Shown here: positions 26,745 to 36,063 of the stretch, piece by piece | Layout: every line of letters begins with the position of its first letter | How positions within the stretch are numbered: position 1 is the first letter of the stretch | DNA from: Candidatus Wallbacteria bacterium | GTDB lineage: Bacteria; Muiribacteriota; UBA6191; JACPRK01 | DNA: 64,000 nucleotides | Direction: 5' to 3' | Assembly (NCBI GenBank): GCA_016213845.1 | Contig: JACQZN010000049.1 | Span: 15,574-79,573, forward strand | Position numbers and translations under genes: made by a program | The notes under the pieces: generated by a model | What the model saw: only the letters and a program-made list of their open reading frames with translations | Told to the model about the DNA's origin: nothing | The model's database searches: none

Positions 26745-28544
26745 ATGCCATCCGGACGGACCCATTTGCGACTCGGAGAGATCTTCGCCCAGGACGGTCG
26801 GCTGTCGACGCTGACCCTCAGAGCGCTGCTGCGGGAGCAGGAGCAGGCGGCCAGCTCACGGCGGGAGCGGCCGCGGATAGGCGAGCTGTTGCTGCGCTAC
26901 CAGCTGGTCGACGAGGTCGACATCGCCCGCGCGCTCTCGGCGCAACGGGGCTGCGCGTACCTGGAGCCCGACCCGGCCAACGTGCGGCCGGACCTATTCG
27001 GAGACATCCCACAGGCGCTGCTGGACACGTACCGGTTCGTGCCGCTGGGGCGGGACGATCAAGTCCTGACGATTGGCGTCTGCGACTTCGAGGAGCCGGA
27101 CTTGCCGGACCTTTTGAGGAGCGTGACAGGGCTCGGCATCACCTTCGGCGTCATGACGGGCCAGCGGCTCCGCGAGCTGCAACAGGCGTATCGCATCGCG
27201 GCCAGCGCTCTGCGGGACCGCGTGGAGATCGTCGGCACTTCGCCGGCCGCGGGCGCAGCGCTGGCGGTGGCGTCGTCGGCGTCGACGGTGCCGGCGCGCG
27301 AACACTCAGAGGAGCCGACGTCTGCGGCCCCGCCGGTCCTCCGCCCCGCCACGCAGCACCTGCCGCTACCAGAGCCGATCGAGATTCCATTTCCGAAGGC
27401 GGTCGACGACCTGCTGCACCGGCTGCTCTCGACGGCCGTGCGGGAACGCTACACGAACATCTCCTTTGCGCCCGGCGACGCGCCGGTGAGGGTTGTGGCC
27501 CGGCGGGCAGGCGGCAGGTCCGACCGGACTCACGTCAGCGCCGAGGCACGCGCGCGGGTGCGACGCTCACTGGCAACGGCCTTCGGCCTGGAAGAGCACG
27601 CGCTTCGGGGCCCCATCCACAGGCGGGTGCGGTGGGCCCACGAGGACGGCGTCGCGCTCTTCGAAGCGGTCCTCTTCGGCCCCGAGAGCCCGCAGGTCGA
27701 CCTCAGCCTGATCGCCGCCCGGGAGGAGTCCTGGAGCCTGGAGGATGCGGGCGTGACGGTGCCCGCCGTGGCCCTGATCCAGGCGTACTTGCGGGAGCAG
27801 CCCCGCCTGTTGATCGTCTCGGGACGGGCGCTCTGCGATTCCCAGCGGCTGTGGGTAGCGCTCTTGGCGCAGCTGGCCGGCGAGGGCCGCAAGGTGCTCT
27901 CCTTCGAGCGACAGCACGACACGGAGATTCCCGGAGTCTTCCACCACCAGATCCGGCCGAGCGATGCCCGGCAAGCGCTCTTCACCGAAGCGGGCCGCAG
28001 CGCGTTCCTGGCGTCGCAGTCCGATGTGCTGGCCGTGCGGACCGAGGAGCTTCCACCGGACACGCAGTTCCTGCTGGAGCTGCCCCGACAGGACGTCCTG
28101 GTCACGCTCTCGGTCACGGCCGCTTCACCATTCGCGGCACTGCGACAGCTGGAGCAGGCAGGGCGCGCGCCGCTCACGAGTGGCCTCTACCTCACGGCGT
28201 ACCGGGTCGCCAGACTTTGCCCCTTCTGCCGGGAAGGCTACCCGATTGCCGCTGCCGGACTGCCGCGCGGGTTCCAGGCGCTGGCCGGCAAGATTGCCTA
28301 CCGATCGCCCGGCTGCGAGTCGTGCCAGTTCAGCGGCCGATTCGGCTGGCAGCACTTCTACGAGGTGCTCAGGCTCGACGGCGATCGCCTCGACCGCGAC
28401 GGCGTCGACTTCTACGCCCGTCCACTGAAGGAGTACCTGCTCGAGGAGGGACTCTACGTCCCCGCGATCCCGGACGTCCGCCGCGCGCTCCTGGCCGGCA
28501 GCATCGGAATCGACGACTACTTGGAGCTGGCGAGGCGGCCGTGA
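26745..28544 (+). CDS. GspE/PilB-like protein with MshEN-type N-terminus and degenerate ATPase domain
   Basis: RLGEIF and RIGELLL...ALSAQ motifs; T2SSE_N-like domain; CPFC...GCESC Zn motif; Walker A position reads SGRALCDS; ATG 26745 after GGAGG. Confidence 0.8.
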   Translation: MPSGRTHLRLGEIFAQDGRLSTLTLRALLREQEQAASSRRERPRIGELLLRYQLVDEVDIARALSAQRGCAYLEPDPANVRPDLFGDIPQALLDTYRFVPLGRDDQVLTIGVCDFEEPDLPDLLRSVTGLGITFGVMTGQRLRELQQAYRIAASALRDRVEIVGTSPAAGAALAVASSASTVPAREHSEEPTSAAPPVLRPATQHLPLPEPIEIPFPKAVDDLLHRLLSTAVRERYTNISFAPGDAPVRVVARRAGGRSDRTHVSAEARARVRRSLATAFGLEEHALRGPIHRRVRWAHEDGVALFEAVLFGPESPQVDLSLIAAREESWSLEDAGVTVPAVALIQAYLREQPRLLIVSGRALCDSQRLWVALLAQLAGEGRKVLSFERQHDTEIPGVFHHQIRPSDARQALFTEAGRSAFLASQSDVLAVRTEELPPDTQFLLELPRQDVLVTLSVTAASPFAALRQLEQAGRAPLTSGLYLTAYRVARLCPFCREGYPIAAAGLPRGFQALAGKIAYRSPGCESCQFSGRFGWQHFYEVLRLDGDRLDRDGVDFYARPLKEYLLEEGLYVPAIPDVRRALLAGSIGIDDYLELARRP

Positions 28545-28553
28545 GGGGGGGGA

Positions 28554-28588
28554 AGTAGACAGTAGCCAGTAGCCAGTAGACAGTAGGG
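28554..28588 (+). repeat. Heptamer tandem repeat AGTAG(A/C)C x5
   Basis: agtagac agtagcc agtagcc agtagac agtaggg, directly after the stop codon. Confidence 0.9.
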
Positions 28589-28759
28589 AGACATGGGGGC
28601 AACCCTGACGGCGCGCGGGTTGCCGCGCCAAAGGCTGGGCTGGGGCCCGCGCATCTTTCGACCTGCTCAGGACGAGAGGCCGATCGATTGGCTGGGAGAT
28701 TGTGAGCGGCCTCGGTGCCTCCCCCACTTGCTGCTATTCCCTTCCAACTTCCACCTTCC

Positions 28760-28799
28760 CTACTGGCTACTGTCTACTGACTACTGGCTACTGGCTACT
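28760..28799 (-). repeat. Heptamer tandem repeat CTACTGN x5.5, inverted relative to 28554-28588
   Basis: ctactgg ctactgt ctactga ctactgg ctactgg ctact. Confidence 0.9.
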
Positions 28800-28818
28800 C
28801 CTGCAGTATGCTGCAGCC

Positions 28819-29535
28819 ATGCAGCCAGTCACCGCGCTCTGCGCGCGAGAGCTGAAGGCGGCAGCGCGCAGCCCGGGGACGTGGCTGGTGCTGGCGGGGT
28901 TCCAGGCGCTGACGGGGCTTCTCTTTCTGCTCATCCTGTCGAACACGGGGAGCACGGTTCTGGCGGCGCTCTACTACGACGTCGGGGTGCTCTTTCTCTT
29001 CATGGCTCCGATGCTCACGGCGTCGAGCTTCGGAGCGGAGTGGCGGGATGGCACGATGGAGCTCTTGCTGACGAGCTCGCTGGCACCCCGACACATCGTG
29101 GCCGCCAAGTTCGCTGGGGCGCTGGGGGTGCTCTGGGCAGCGGCGCTATCGGCACTGCAGTATCCGTTCTGGGCCTCGCTCTTCGGCAGGATCGACTCCG
29201 GGGCGAGCGCGGCCGGATTGGCCGGCTGCCTGCTCCTGGCGTCGACGCTGGCGGCGATCGGCACCTTCGCGGCCGCAGCCACTCGTTCCACCGCCGCGGC
29301 CGCCGTGCTCGGATTTGCCGCCTCGATGTTCTTCTGGTTCCTGCACAGCCTGGGCCTGCTCCTGGGAGGCGCCGCGGGCGGCGCAGCGGACCGCTTCAGC
29401 CTCTACCTGCGCTTCAGCCCCTTCACGCGCGGGATGTTCGACACGGCCGACGCGGCTTTTTTCGTCCTGATGACAGCAGCGTTCCTGGCGCTGGCCGCCA
29501 CGGGGCTCGAGGCAGTCCGCTCCGCGCGCAGCTGA
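28819..29535 (+). CDS. ABC-2 type permease, GldF-like
   Basis: ARELK....SP, PMLT..SF..EWRDGTMELLLT and IVAAKF motifs; 6 hydrophobic helices. Confidence 0.85.
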   Translation: MQPVTALCARELKAAARSPGTWLVLAGFQALTGLLFLLILSNTGSTVLAALYYDVGVLFLFMAPMLTASSFGAEWRDGTMELLLTSSLAPRHIVAAKFAGALGVLWAAALSALQYPFWASLFGRIDSGASAAGLAGCLLLASTLAAIGTFAAAATRSTAAAAVLGFAASMFFWFLHSLGLLLGGAAGGAADRFSLYLRFSPFTRGMFDTADAAFFVLMTAAFLALAATGLEAVRSARS

Positions 29536-29571
29536 GCCGCAGACCCGATGAGCGGATGACCCGGTGACCCC

Positions 29572-31032
29572 ATGAAATCTCGAGCGCTGGGTCTGGTACT
29601 TCTGGCTGCGCTGTTCCTGCTCCTCGCCGGGACCGTGGCAGCCTCGGCGGGCCTCTCCGGGAAGCTCTTCATCGCCTCCGGACTGGCGCTGGCTGCAGGA
29701 GCCGCGGCAGCATCGAGGGGCCCAGGCGGCTGGCCGGGCCTCACGCGGAGCCTGCTCCTGGGACTCTACACGCTCCTGGTCCTGGCAATCCTGGCAGTCT
29801 CAGACGGCCTGCTGGAGAACCACCGGGCGCGTTACGACTGGACCGGTGCGCGCGCCTTCACACTGACGCCCGCCACGCTTCGCGTGCTGCGCGAGCTCGA
29901 CGAGGACGTCGCCGTCACCGCCGTCTTCTCCGCGACCTCGCCAGGCCGCCACATGGCGCGCGATCTCCTCAAGCTCTACGAGCTGGCGTCCGGGAGAATC
30001 CGGATCAGGACGCTCGATCCCGACCTGCATCCCTCCGAGGCCCGGCGCCACGGAGACGCCGCAGGGGGCGGCCTCGTCGTCGAGCGCGGCAACCGACGCC
30101 GCGTGGTGCGCCGCCCCGCCGAACGCGAGCTCACGATGGCCATCCACGGCCTGGGTAAGGCAGCCCGGGCCCGGGTCGCATTCGCGTGCTTCCCGGGCGA
30201 GGGTACCGCGACGGATCGGGGTGTCCTCGGCTACGCACTTGCCGCCGCGGCGCTCGAGAAGGAGAACTTCCAAGTAGTCTCGATGGACCCGACGGACCCA
30301 TCGACGTCTACGACTCCCGTGACCTTGATCGTCCCGTACGGCCGACGCGACCTCCCGTCGCGCGCTCCCGACGCAATCGAGGCGCTCAGGACGCGCGGCA
30401 CCTCCGTCCTCGTCGCCGTCGAGCCCGGCGAGCCGCGGCCCGTGCTGGCGGGCCTGGTCGCGAGCTGGGGACTGCTCTGGCAGCGCGCCAAAGCGTCCGA
30501 TCCTTCCAGCCACCTGGAGAACGACCCCGGCACGCTCGTGGTCCGTTGCCGCAGCGACCACCCCGCAACCCAGGGGCTGGCCGAAGCCTTGCTGCCGGGC
30601 GCCACGCCTTTCGCGCTCCCCTCGGAGGACGACATCGCCACCTGGCAGCCTCTGGCGGCGCTCTCCCCCAGGGCCTCGTCGACGTTGCCGGACGGGGGCG
30701 CAGGACCCGCCGGCGCCCTGGTCGTCCTGGCCGCTGCGGAGCGCCGAACGGGACCCGAGCCGGGACGCCGGGCCGTCATCGGAGACACCGACTTCTTCAC
30801 CAACGGCGCGCTCTCACGGTGGCCGGTCAACCGGGAGCTGCTCGTGAACCTGGTCAACTGGCTCTCCGAACGTGAAGAGCTCCTGGGCCCGTGGCCCCAG
30901 CCCGAGGGCCCGCCGCAAGTCATCCTGACGGATCGCCAGTTGCGAGCCATCGCCGCCATCGTGCTTGTCGGCATGCCCGGGCTCTTCTGCCTGATCGCTC
31001 TCGGTGTCTGGCTGGAGGGGCGGCGGCGGTGA
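29572..31032 (+). CDS. GldG-like ABC auxiliary component
   Basis: RYDWT....FTL...T..VL..L, DPD..P, VIGDTDF and NREL.VN.VNWL motifs; C-terminal TM helix. Confidence 0.82.
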   Translation: MKSRALGLVLLAALFLLLAGTVAASAGLSGKLFIASGLALAAGAAAASRGPGGWPGLTRSLLLGLYTLLVLAILAVSDGLLENHRARYDWTGARAFTLTPATLRVLRELDEDVAVTAVFSATSPGRHMARDLLKLYELASGRIRIRTLDPDLHPSEARRHGDAAGGGLVVERGNRRRVVRRPAERELTMAIHGLGKAARARVAFACFPGEGTATDRGVLGYALAAAALEKENFQVVSMDPTDPSTSTTPVTLIVPYGRRDLPSRAPDAIEALRTRGTSVLVAVEPGEPRPVLAGLVASWGLLWQRAKASDPSSHLENDPGTLVVRCRSDHPATQGLAEALLPGATPFALPSEDDIATWQPLAALSPRASSTLPDGGAGPAGALVVLAAAERRTGPEPGRRAVIGDTDFFTNGALSRWPVNRELLVNLVNWLSEREELLGPWPQPEGPPQVILTDRQLRAIAAIVLVGMPGLFCLIALGVWLEGRRR

Positions 31033-31568
31033 CGTTGGGCCGGCGGGCGGCTGCCGCGGCGGTCCTGTTGGCGGCGCTGGGGCTGTACTACTGGCTGGAC
31101 ACCGGGCGAACGACATGGGCGGTGCCGGAGCCGGCCGCCGGAGTCACCAAGCTCACGGTGGAGCTCGCCGGCGCCCGCATCGAGCTCGAGCGCAGCCAGG
31201 CGAGCTGGAGGGCCATCAGCCCCGCCGCCGTGGCGCCGGAGCGCAGCGGTCCTGGATATCGTGGCCTGGCTTCCCCACAATCCGGCGAGGTACCCGCCCG
31301 GGTGGACTGGGTGCTGGGGCAACTCTGCCGGCACGACTTCCCTACCTTGCCGGCAAGCGAAGTCTCGGGGCCCGCCTTCGGGCTCGACCCGCCAGCCCTC
31401 CGTTTGACAATCGTCGGCGCTCGCACCTATCATCTGGCGATCGGCGGCACCAACCCCGCCCGAGACAGCCGCTACTTCAGGCTCGAAGAGCCCGCGCGGG
31501 CAGGCCTTCTGCCCCGCGCCCTGGTGGGCGAGATCGCCGCCCTGGCCGGTGGCGGCCCCGAACATTGA
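31029..31568 (+). CDS. DUF4340-like protein
   Basis: N-terminal TM; FGLDPP and LAIGGTNP...RY motifs; GTGA overlap with the GldG-like gene. Confidence 0.7.
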   Translation: MTLGRRAAAAAVLLAALGLYYWLDTGRTTWAVPEPAAGVTKLTVELAGARIELERSQASWRAISPAAVAPERSGPGYRGLASPQSGEVPARVDWVLGQLCRHDFPTLPASEVSGPAFGLDPPALRLTIVGARTYHLAIGGTNPARDSRYFRLEEPARAGLLPRALVGEIAALAGGGPEH

Positions 31569-31581
31569 GGAGCGCCCCGGA

Positions 31582-32667
31582 ATGAAGATCGGCATCATCG
31601 GACTACCCCAGTCGGGAAAGTCGACCTGCTTCGACCTGTTGCAGGGACCTGGCGCCTCGCGTGCCGCCGAGGAGCCCGGCAAGGGACGGATCGGCGTCAT
31701 CAAGGTCCCCGACGCCCGCATCGACCGGCTCTCGAAGCTCTTCAACCCGAAGAAGACCACCTTCTCCGACATCGAGTTCGTCGACTTCGCAGCCATCCAG
31801 CGGGCCGCCTCGGGAGGCAGCGCGTTCAGCTCCCGGATGTTGAGCGAGATCAAGACCGTCGACGGTCTGCTGCAAGTCGTGCGGTGTTTCGCCGACGACA
31901 ACGTCTACCACGTCGAGGAGTCGATAGACCCCACGCGGGACTTCAAGCTCCTTACCGGAGAGTTGCACCTGGCCGACCTGATCCAGGTCGAGCAGAGGCT
32001 GGAGAAGCTGGGCACGAGCGCCGCCAAGGGGCAGAAGAAGGACGCCCGCGAGCAGGCGCTTCTCGAGAAGATCAAGGCCGCACTCGACGCCGAGCAGCCC
32101 GCCAGCTCGGTGGAGCTTGCCCCCGATGACGAGCCGCTCATGCGCAGTGCCGCCATGCTGACGGCCAAGCCGTTGGTCACCGTGCTGAACCTGGACGAGG
32201 GCCAGCTCAGGGACAAGGCCGACCCGATGCTCTCGCGCTTCTCGAGCCAGCTTCCGGATGTACCGGCCATCCGGCTCTGCGCGCGCATCGAATCCGAGAT
32301 CGCAGCCCTCGACACCGAGGAGGAGCGACAGGCCTTCCTCGAGGACCTCGGGATGACCGAGCCGGCCAGGACGCGACTTATCCGGACTTGCTACGAGATG
32401 CTCCAGTACATCAGCTTCTTCACGGTCGGCGAGGACGAGGTGCGCGCCTGGACGATCCGCAAAGGAATGAACGCCCAGCGCTCCGCCGGCAAGATCCACA
32501 GCGACCTCGAGAAGGGCTTCATCCGCGCCGAGGTGATCAGCTACGACGACCTATCGAGGCTCGAGGGTTCTTACGCCGCCGCCAAGAAGGAGGGGGTCAT
32601 GCGGTTGGAAGGCAAGGAGTACATCGTGCAGGACGGCGACGTGTTGAACATCCGGTTCAATGTCTGA
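31582..32667 (+). CDS. ychF: Redox-regulated Obg-like ATPase YchF
   Basis: IGIIGLPQSGKST, VPDARIDRL, FFTVGEDEVRAWTI, AGKIHSDLEKGFIRAEV, EGKEYIVQDGDV..RFNV. Confidence 0.96.
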   Translation: MKIGIIGLPQSGKSTCFDLLQGPGASRAAEEPGKGRIGVIKVPDARIDRLSKLFNPKKTTFSDIEFVDFAAIQRAASGGSAFSSRMLSEIKTVDGLLQVVRCFADDNVYHVEESIDPTRDFKLLTGELHLADLIQVEQRLEKLGTSAAKGQKKDAREQALLEKIKAALDAEQPASSVELAPDDEPLMRSAAMLTAKPLVTVLNLDEGQLRDKADPMLSRFSSQLPDVPAIRLCARIESEIAALDTEEERQAFLEDLGMTEPARTRLIRTCYEMLQYISFFTVGEDEVRAWTIRKGMNAQRSAGKIHSDLEKGFIRAEVISYDDLSRLEGSYAAAKKEGVMRLEGKEYIVQDGDVLNIRFNV

Positions 32668-32669
32668 GG

Positions 32670-32704
32670 GAGAATCGAGAATCGAGAATTGAGAATTGAG
32701 AAGA
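32670..32704 (+). repeat. Heptamer tandem repeat GAGAAT(C/T) x5
   Basis: gagaatc gagaatc gagaatt gagaatt gagaaga after the ychF stop. Confidence 0.88.
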
Positions 32705-32756
32705 GGGAAGGTGGAATGTGGAGGGCCACTCTGGGGAGAAGGGCGGGGGGCGTTCT

Positions 32757-32789
32757 CCCCTCGTGGTTCGGCAGGCTCACCACGAACGG
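32757..32789. repeat. REP-like palindrome between convergent genes
   Basis: TCGTGGT-tcggcaggctc-ACCACGA stem-loop; resembles the CCGTTCGTGGTGAGCCTGTCGAACCACG-type extragenic palindrome. Confidence 0.6.
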
Positions 32790-32807
32790 ATTCAAACAGC
32801 CCGAGAT

Positions 32808-32832
32808 GACTGGCTACTGACTACTGGCTACT
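32808..32832 (-). repeat. Heptamer tandem repeat CTACTG(G/A)
   Basis: gactgg ctactga ctactgg ctact, just downstream of the minus-strand pilin gene stop. Confidence 0.85.
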
Positions 32833-32837
32833 TCCCC

Positions 32838-33380
32838 CTACGGCTCCGGTAGCGGATTCCAGGTCTTATCGGTCCTCAGGTTCTTGAGGAAGAGCACCTT
32901 GGCGAAATCGGTCGGGGCATTGTCCGCCTCGATCTCGAAGCGCACGCTGACATGGATGTTCGAGGCGCTGCGCAAGGTGCCAGGCTTCACGTCGAAGGCC
33001 TTCAGTTTGTCGAGTCCGAACTTGCGGTGCTCTTTGTCGGCCGCCGGACCCGAGGTCTCCAGGCGCCGATGGATGGTCCCGCCTTCGCGTTTGTAGGTGA
33101 CCCGGACAGGGACGGAGCGATAGGGGTTTCGCTCGACCTTGAGGATGTCGAGCTTCAGCTCCCCGGCGGCGGCGTTCCAGACCGGGGACTTCCGAAGTGC
33201 CTGCACATCGAGCTTGAGGGATTGAAAGAGAAGGTTGGCCTCCCCGATGTACTCGAGCTTGCCTTCGCCTCGAACCATTCCGCGGCGGCTGCTCACCAGG
33301 AGCGTATAGAGCACGGCCATCAGCATCACGGCCACGCCGAACGCCAGCAGCGCCTCCACCAGCGAGAACCCGCGCCTCAC
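32838..33380 (-). CDS. Prepilin-type minor pilin (PilW/GspJ-like)
   Basis: MRRG|FSLVEALLAFGVAVMLM class III signal peptide. Confidence 0.85.
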   Translation of the reverse strand: MRRGFSLVEALLAFGVAVMLMAVLYTLLVSSRRGMVRGEGKLEYIGEANLLFQSLKLDVQALRKSPVWNAAAGELKLDILKVERNPYRSVPVRVTYKREGGTIHRRLETSGPAADKEHRKFGLDKLKAFDVKPGTLRSASNIHVSVRFEIEADNAPTDFAKVLFLKNLRTDKTWNPLPEP

Positions 33381-33832
33381 CGATCCACCTTCGTCTTGAG
33401 CGCCACCAGCTCGATGCGGCGCTTCTCCTCGTCGCCCCCGCCTTGCCAGACGACCTTGATGCGCACCGTCTTCACGCGGAACTTTCCCTTCCCGTCAATC
33501 GTCGCAGAGACATCCTCCTTGGGATCGACCTCGACCGTACGCGTGTAGAGCGGCGAGCCGACCGGCATGTTCGTCGCAATCTCGCCCGGCAGAGCGGCGT
33601 CGACCTCCTCGTACCCGAGCGCGCCGACGGCCTCGACGACGTCGTCGGCCAGGAGGAAGGCCTTCGTCTGGTGCAGCGTCTGGGCCGTCCCCTGGTGGCC
33701 GGCGATCAGCAGCCCGAGAAGCGGCATGAGCGCGATCGACAGGAAGATGACGGCGACCACGATCTCGGTCAGGCTGACGCCCGCCCTGCCGGGTCGCCGC
33801 CCGCCCATCACATCCGCTCGAGCACGCCTCAT
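33377..33832 (-). CDS. Prepilin-type minor pilin (PilV/GspI-like)
   Basis: RAG|VSLTEIVVAVIFLSIAL; A..LA motif and C-terminal V.IKVVW strand; ATG overlaps the upstream TGA. Confidence 0.82.
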   Translation of the reverse strand: MRRARADVMGGRRPGRAGVSLTEIVVAVIFLSIALMPLLGLLIAGHQGTAQTLHQTKAFLLADDVVEAVGALGYEEVDAALPGEIATNMPVGSPLYTRTVEVDPKEDVSATIDGKGKFRVKTVRIKVVWQGGGDEEKRRIELVALKTKVDR

Positions 33833-36063
33833 TGCACCATCAGGAAGTCGTCGGAGTGGTCGACACAGAGCGACCATCCCGGATCGATCTTCTTGGACTC
33901 CTTGAGCCACGGCCCCACTTTGAAGTTCGGGTTGTACTGCAAGAAGGACACGGACTTGGCCTGGAAGCTCTTTTGAAAATCGATTCCCTGGGCGATGATC
34001 GCCCCGAAGAGCTGCAGTCCCTTCGGCGCCTCGATCAACCCCTTCGGCGCCACCAGGATCGCCTGCACCGCGTGGCGGTCCGCGATCCGGATGTTTCCCT
34101 TCCGCGCCACCAGCATCAGCGGCGGCTTGTCGGGGTCTCCCGGCCCGTCCCCTCCCACCAACGGCGAGGCCACGTCGAACTCATCGGCGACGAGCACCCC
34201 ACCGCGCTTGATGTGGTGGATTGCCCCGAGCGGGAAGGGGCCGTCCTTCTCCCAGACCAGCACGGTCCCCAGATCCAGCGTGTCGCCTCCGACCAGGTAC
34301 CCCTCGTCGGCCAGGAAGCGCGTTGGGTTGTCGGCCTCTCCCGAGCGGCGGCAGACTTTCAACATGTCGGGGAACGAGGTCGCCAGGCTGTTCACCACGC
34401 TCTCGAGCTCAGCCTCGCCGATGCCGTCCTGCTCGGCGTCGGGCAAGAGTCCCGCGACCAGCTTCGTCCTGGGATCGGAGTCGTCCTTCGGAGTGAAAAA
34501 CTCCTTTGGAACCTTCGACACCCCGACCCCCTTCTGCACGGGGAAGGCCTCGTGGTTCTCGCTGGAGAGAAACAGCATGCCCTGGTTGTAGGGTCGCGTC
34601 GCCACGCGAGAGGCCATCTGCGAGTAGACTTGCGGGCTCACCGAGGGATCGGCTGCCAGCGTCCGCGTGGCGGGATCGACGAACAAGAACTTGCCCGGAT
34701 TGTAGATGTCGGCCGCGCCAGCGACGTCGTCGAAGGTCCCCGCCGACACCGGCACCGCCGCCCTGAACTGCGCCATCGGGATCGGATCGGGCGGCATCGG
34801 CAGCAGCGTGAAGAAGGCCGCGGCCGTGGTGTCGTCCACCGCGGTCTTCAAGCTCGCCGCCGTCAGCCGCAGCAGCCCCGCCGAGACTTTTCCCAGCACC
34901 AGCGTCGGGCTGATCCGGTTCCTGGGCGCGCCCATCAAGTGCAGGACGCTGGAGAGCAGCTTCTGCGTGACGTCGGGTGGCCCGAACGCCTTGCGCGAGC
35001 TGTCGAGCTCCGGCCCGTCGAGCCGCGAGATCCCCATGTCCCAGAACCGGACCGACCAGGGCGAGCCCGCCGGCAACTTGGCATTGACGTCGTCGTCGAT
35101 GTAGCTGCGCTGAGCAGTCTTGGGGCCGGGACCGGCCGCCTCGTGAAAGAACAGGAAGTCCTCGCCCGCCTGGGCCGCGTTGTCGGTTTCGTCGTGGCTG
35201 AACGCGTGATTCAAGATCAGGTCCCCGCGCGCTCCGAGATAGACCCAGCCCTGGCTGGCCAGCCGCTCGCCCGTCAGGCCCTTGAAGGCGCTGGCGTCGT
35301 CGACCTCGCCGTTGTTCAGCACCAGCGGGCCCTTGCCGTCCGCCACGAGCCCGTGGAAATCGGTGTTCGCGGAGTTGATCAGCTCGGGGCTGCAGGCCGG
35401 GTTGGTCGGGTCCGAAAGAAACAGCGTGAAGTGGTTGAAGAGCGGCAAGAGCGGCGAAACGACCCGATACTCCATGAACCCGAGTAGCCTTCGCGAAACA
35501 CCCTCCAGCAGAGCTCCGACCTTGAAGACGCTCTCCACCTCGATGAAGAGGCGCCCGTACTTCTGGCGCACGTCCTGCAATCCCTTGGTCCAGCCATGCG
35601 GATCGAAGGCGAGCGAATCGTCCGGCAGCGCATAGAATCGCGCCTTGAGTGTGCCGACGTTCGCGACGCCGCCCTCGAAGGATTGCGCCACCCGATCGAC
35701 CAGCGGCAGGTAGTCGGTCTTGAAGTCGATTTCCCCCAGCGGGATCGGCTTTCCAGAGCTCCACGCCGGGTCGTCCATCGACTTCATCAGCGCCTTCGAG
35801 ATGGCAGATTCCGGGTCGAGCAACCCGGCCTGCACCTCGGCCTTCGAAAGTTCCATCGCTGCCCGGGCCAGCGTGTAGGCGAACTCTCCGAAGAGCTGGC
35901 GGTACTGCAGCAGCCGTCGCCCACGCATGAAGGAGAAGTAGCTGAAGACGCCAATCGTCAGGACCAGAAGGACGAAGAAGACGACGATGGTGGCGATACC
36001 GCGCCTCGTGGGCCGGAATCTTCTCTCGCCACCGGAAGCGTGTTGGCTATCGCGTCGTGACAC
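33829..36063 (-). CDS. Large PilX/GspK-like pilin with extended C-terminal domain
   Basis: RRG|IATIVVFFVLLVL (no Glu5) followed by A.TLARAAMELS; ~745 aa; GTG start after GGAGG. Confidence 0.75.
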   Translation of the reverse strand: MSRRDSQHASGGERRFRPTRRGIATIVVFFVLLVLTIGVFSYFSFMRGRRLLQYRQLFGEFAYTLARAAMELSKAEVQAGLLDPESAISKALMKSMDDPAWSSGKPIPLGEIDFKTDYLPLVDRVAQSFEGGVANVGTLKARFYALPDDSLAFDPHGWTKGLQDVRQKYGRLFIEVESVFKVGALLEGVSRRLLGFMEYRVVSPLLPLFNHFTLFLSDPTNPACSPELINSANTDFHGLVADGKGPLVLNNGEVDDASAFKGLTGERLASQGWVYLGARGDLILNHAFSHDETDNAAQAGEDFLFFHEAAGPGPKTAQRSYIDDDVNAKLPAGSPWSVRFWDMGISRLDGPELDSSRKAFGPPDVTQKLLSSVLHLMGAPRNRISPTLVLGKVSAGLLRLTAASLKTAVDDTTAAAFFTLLPMPPDPIPMAQFRAAVPVSAGTFDDVAGAADIYNPGKFLFVDPATRTLAADPSVSPQVYSQMASRVATRPYNQGMLFLSSENHEAFPVQKGVGVSKVPKEFFTPKDDSDPRTKLVAGLLPDAEQDGIGEAELESVVNSLATSFPDMLKVCRRSGEADNPTRFLADEGYLVGGDTLDLGTVLVWEKDGPFPLGAIHHIKRGGVLVADEFDVASPLVGGDGPGDPDKPPLMLVARKGNIRIADRHAVQAILVAPKGLIEAPKGLQLFGAIIAQGIDFQKSFQAKSVSFLQYNPNFKVGPWLKESKKIDPGWSLCVDHSDDFLMVQ

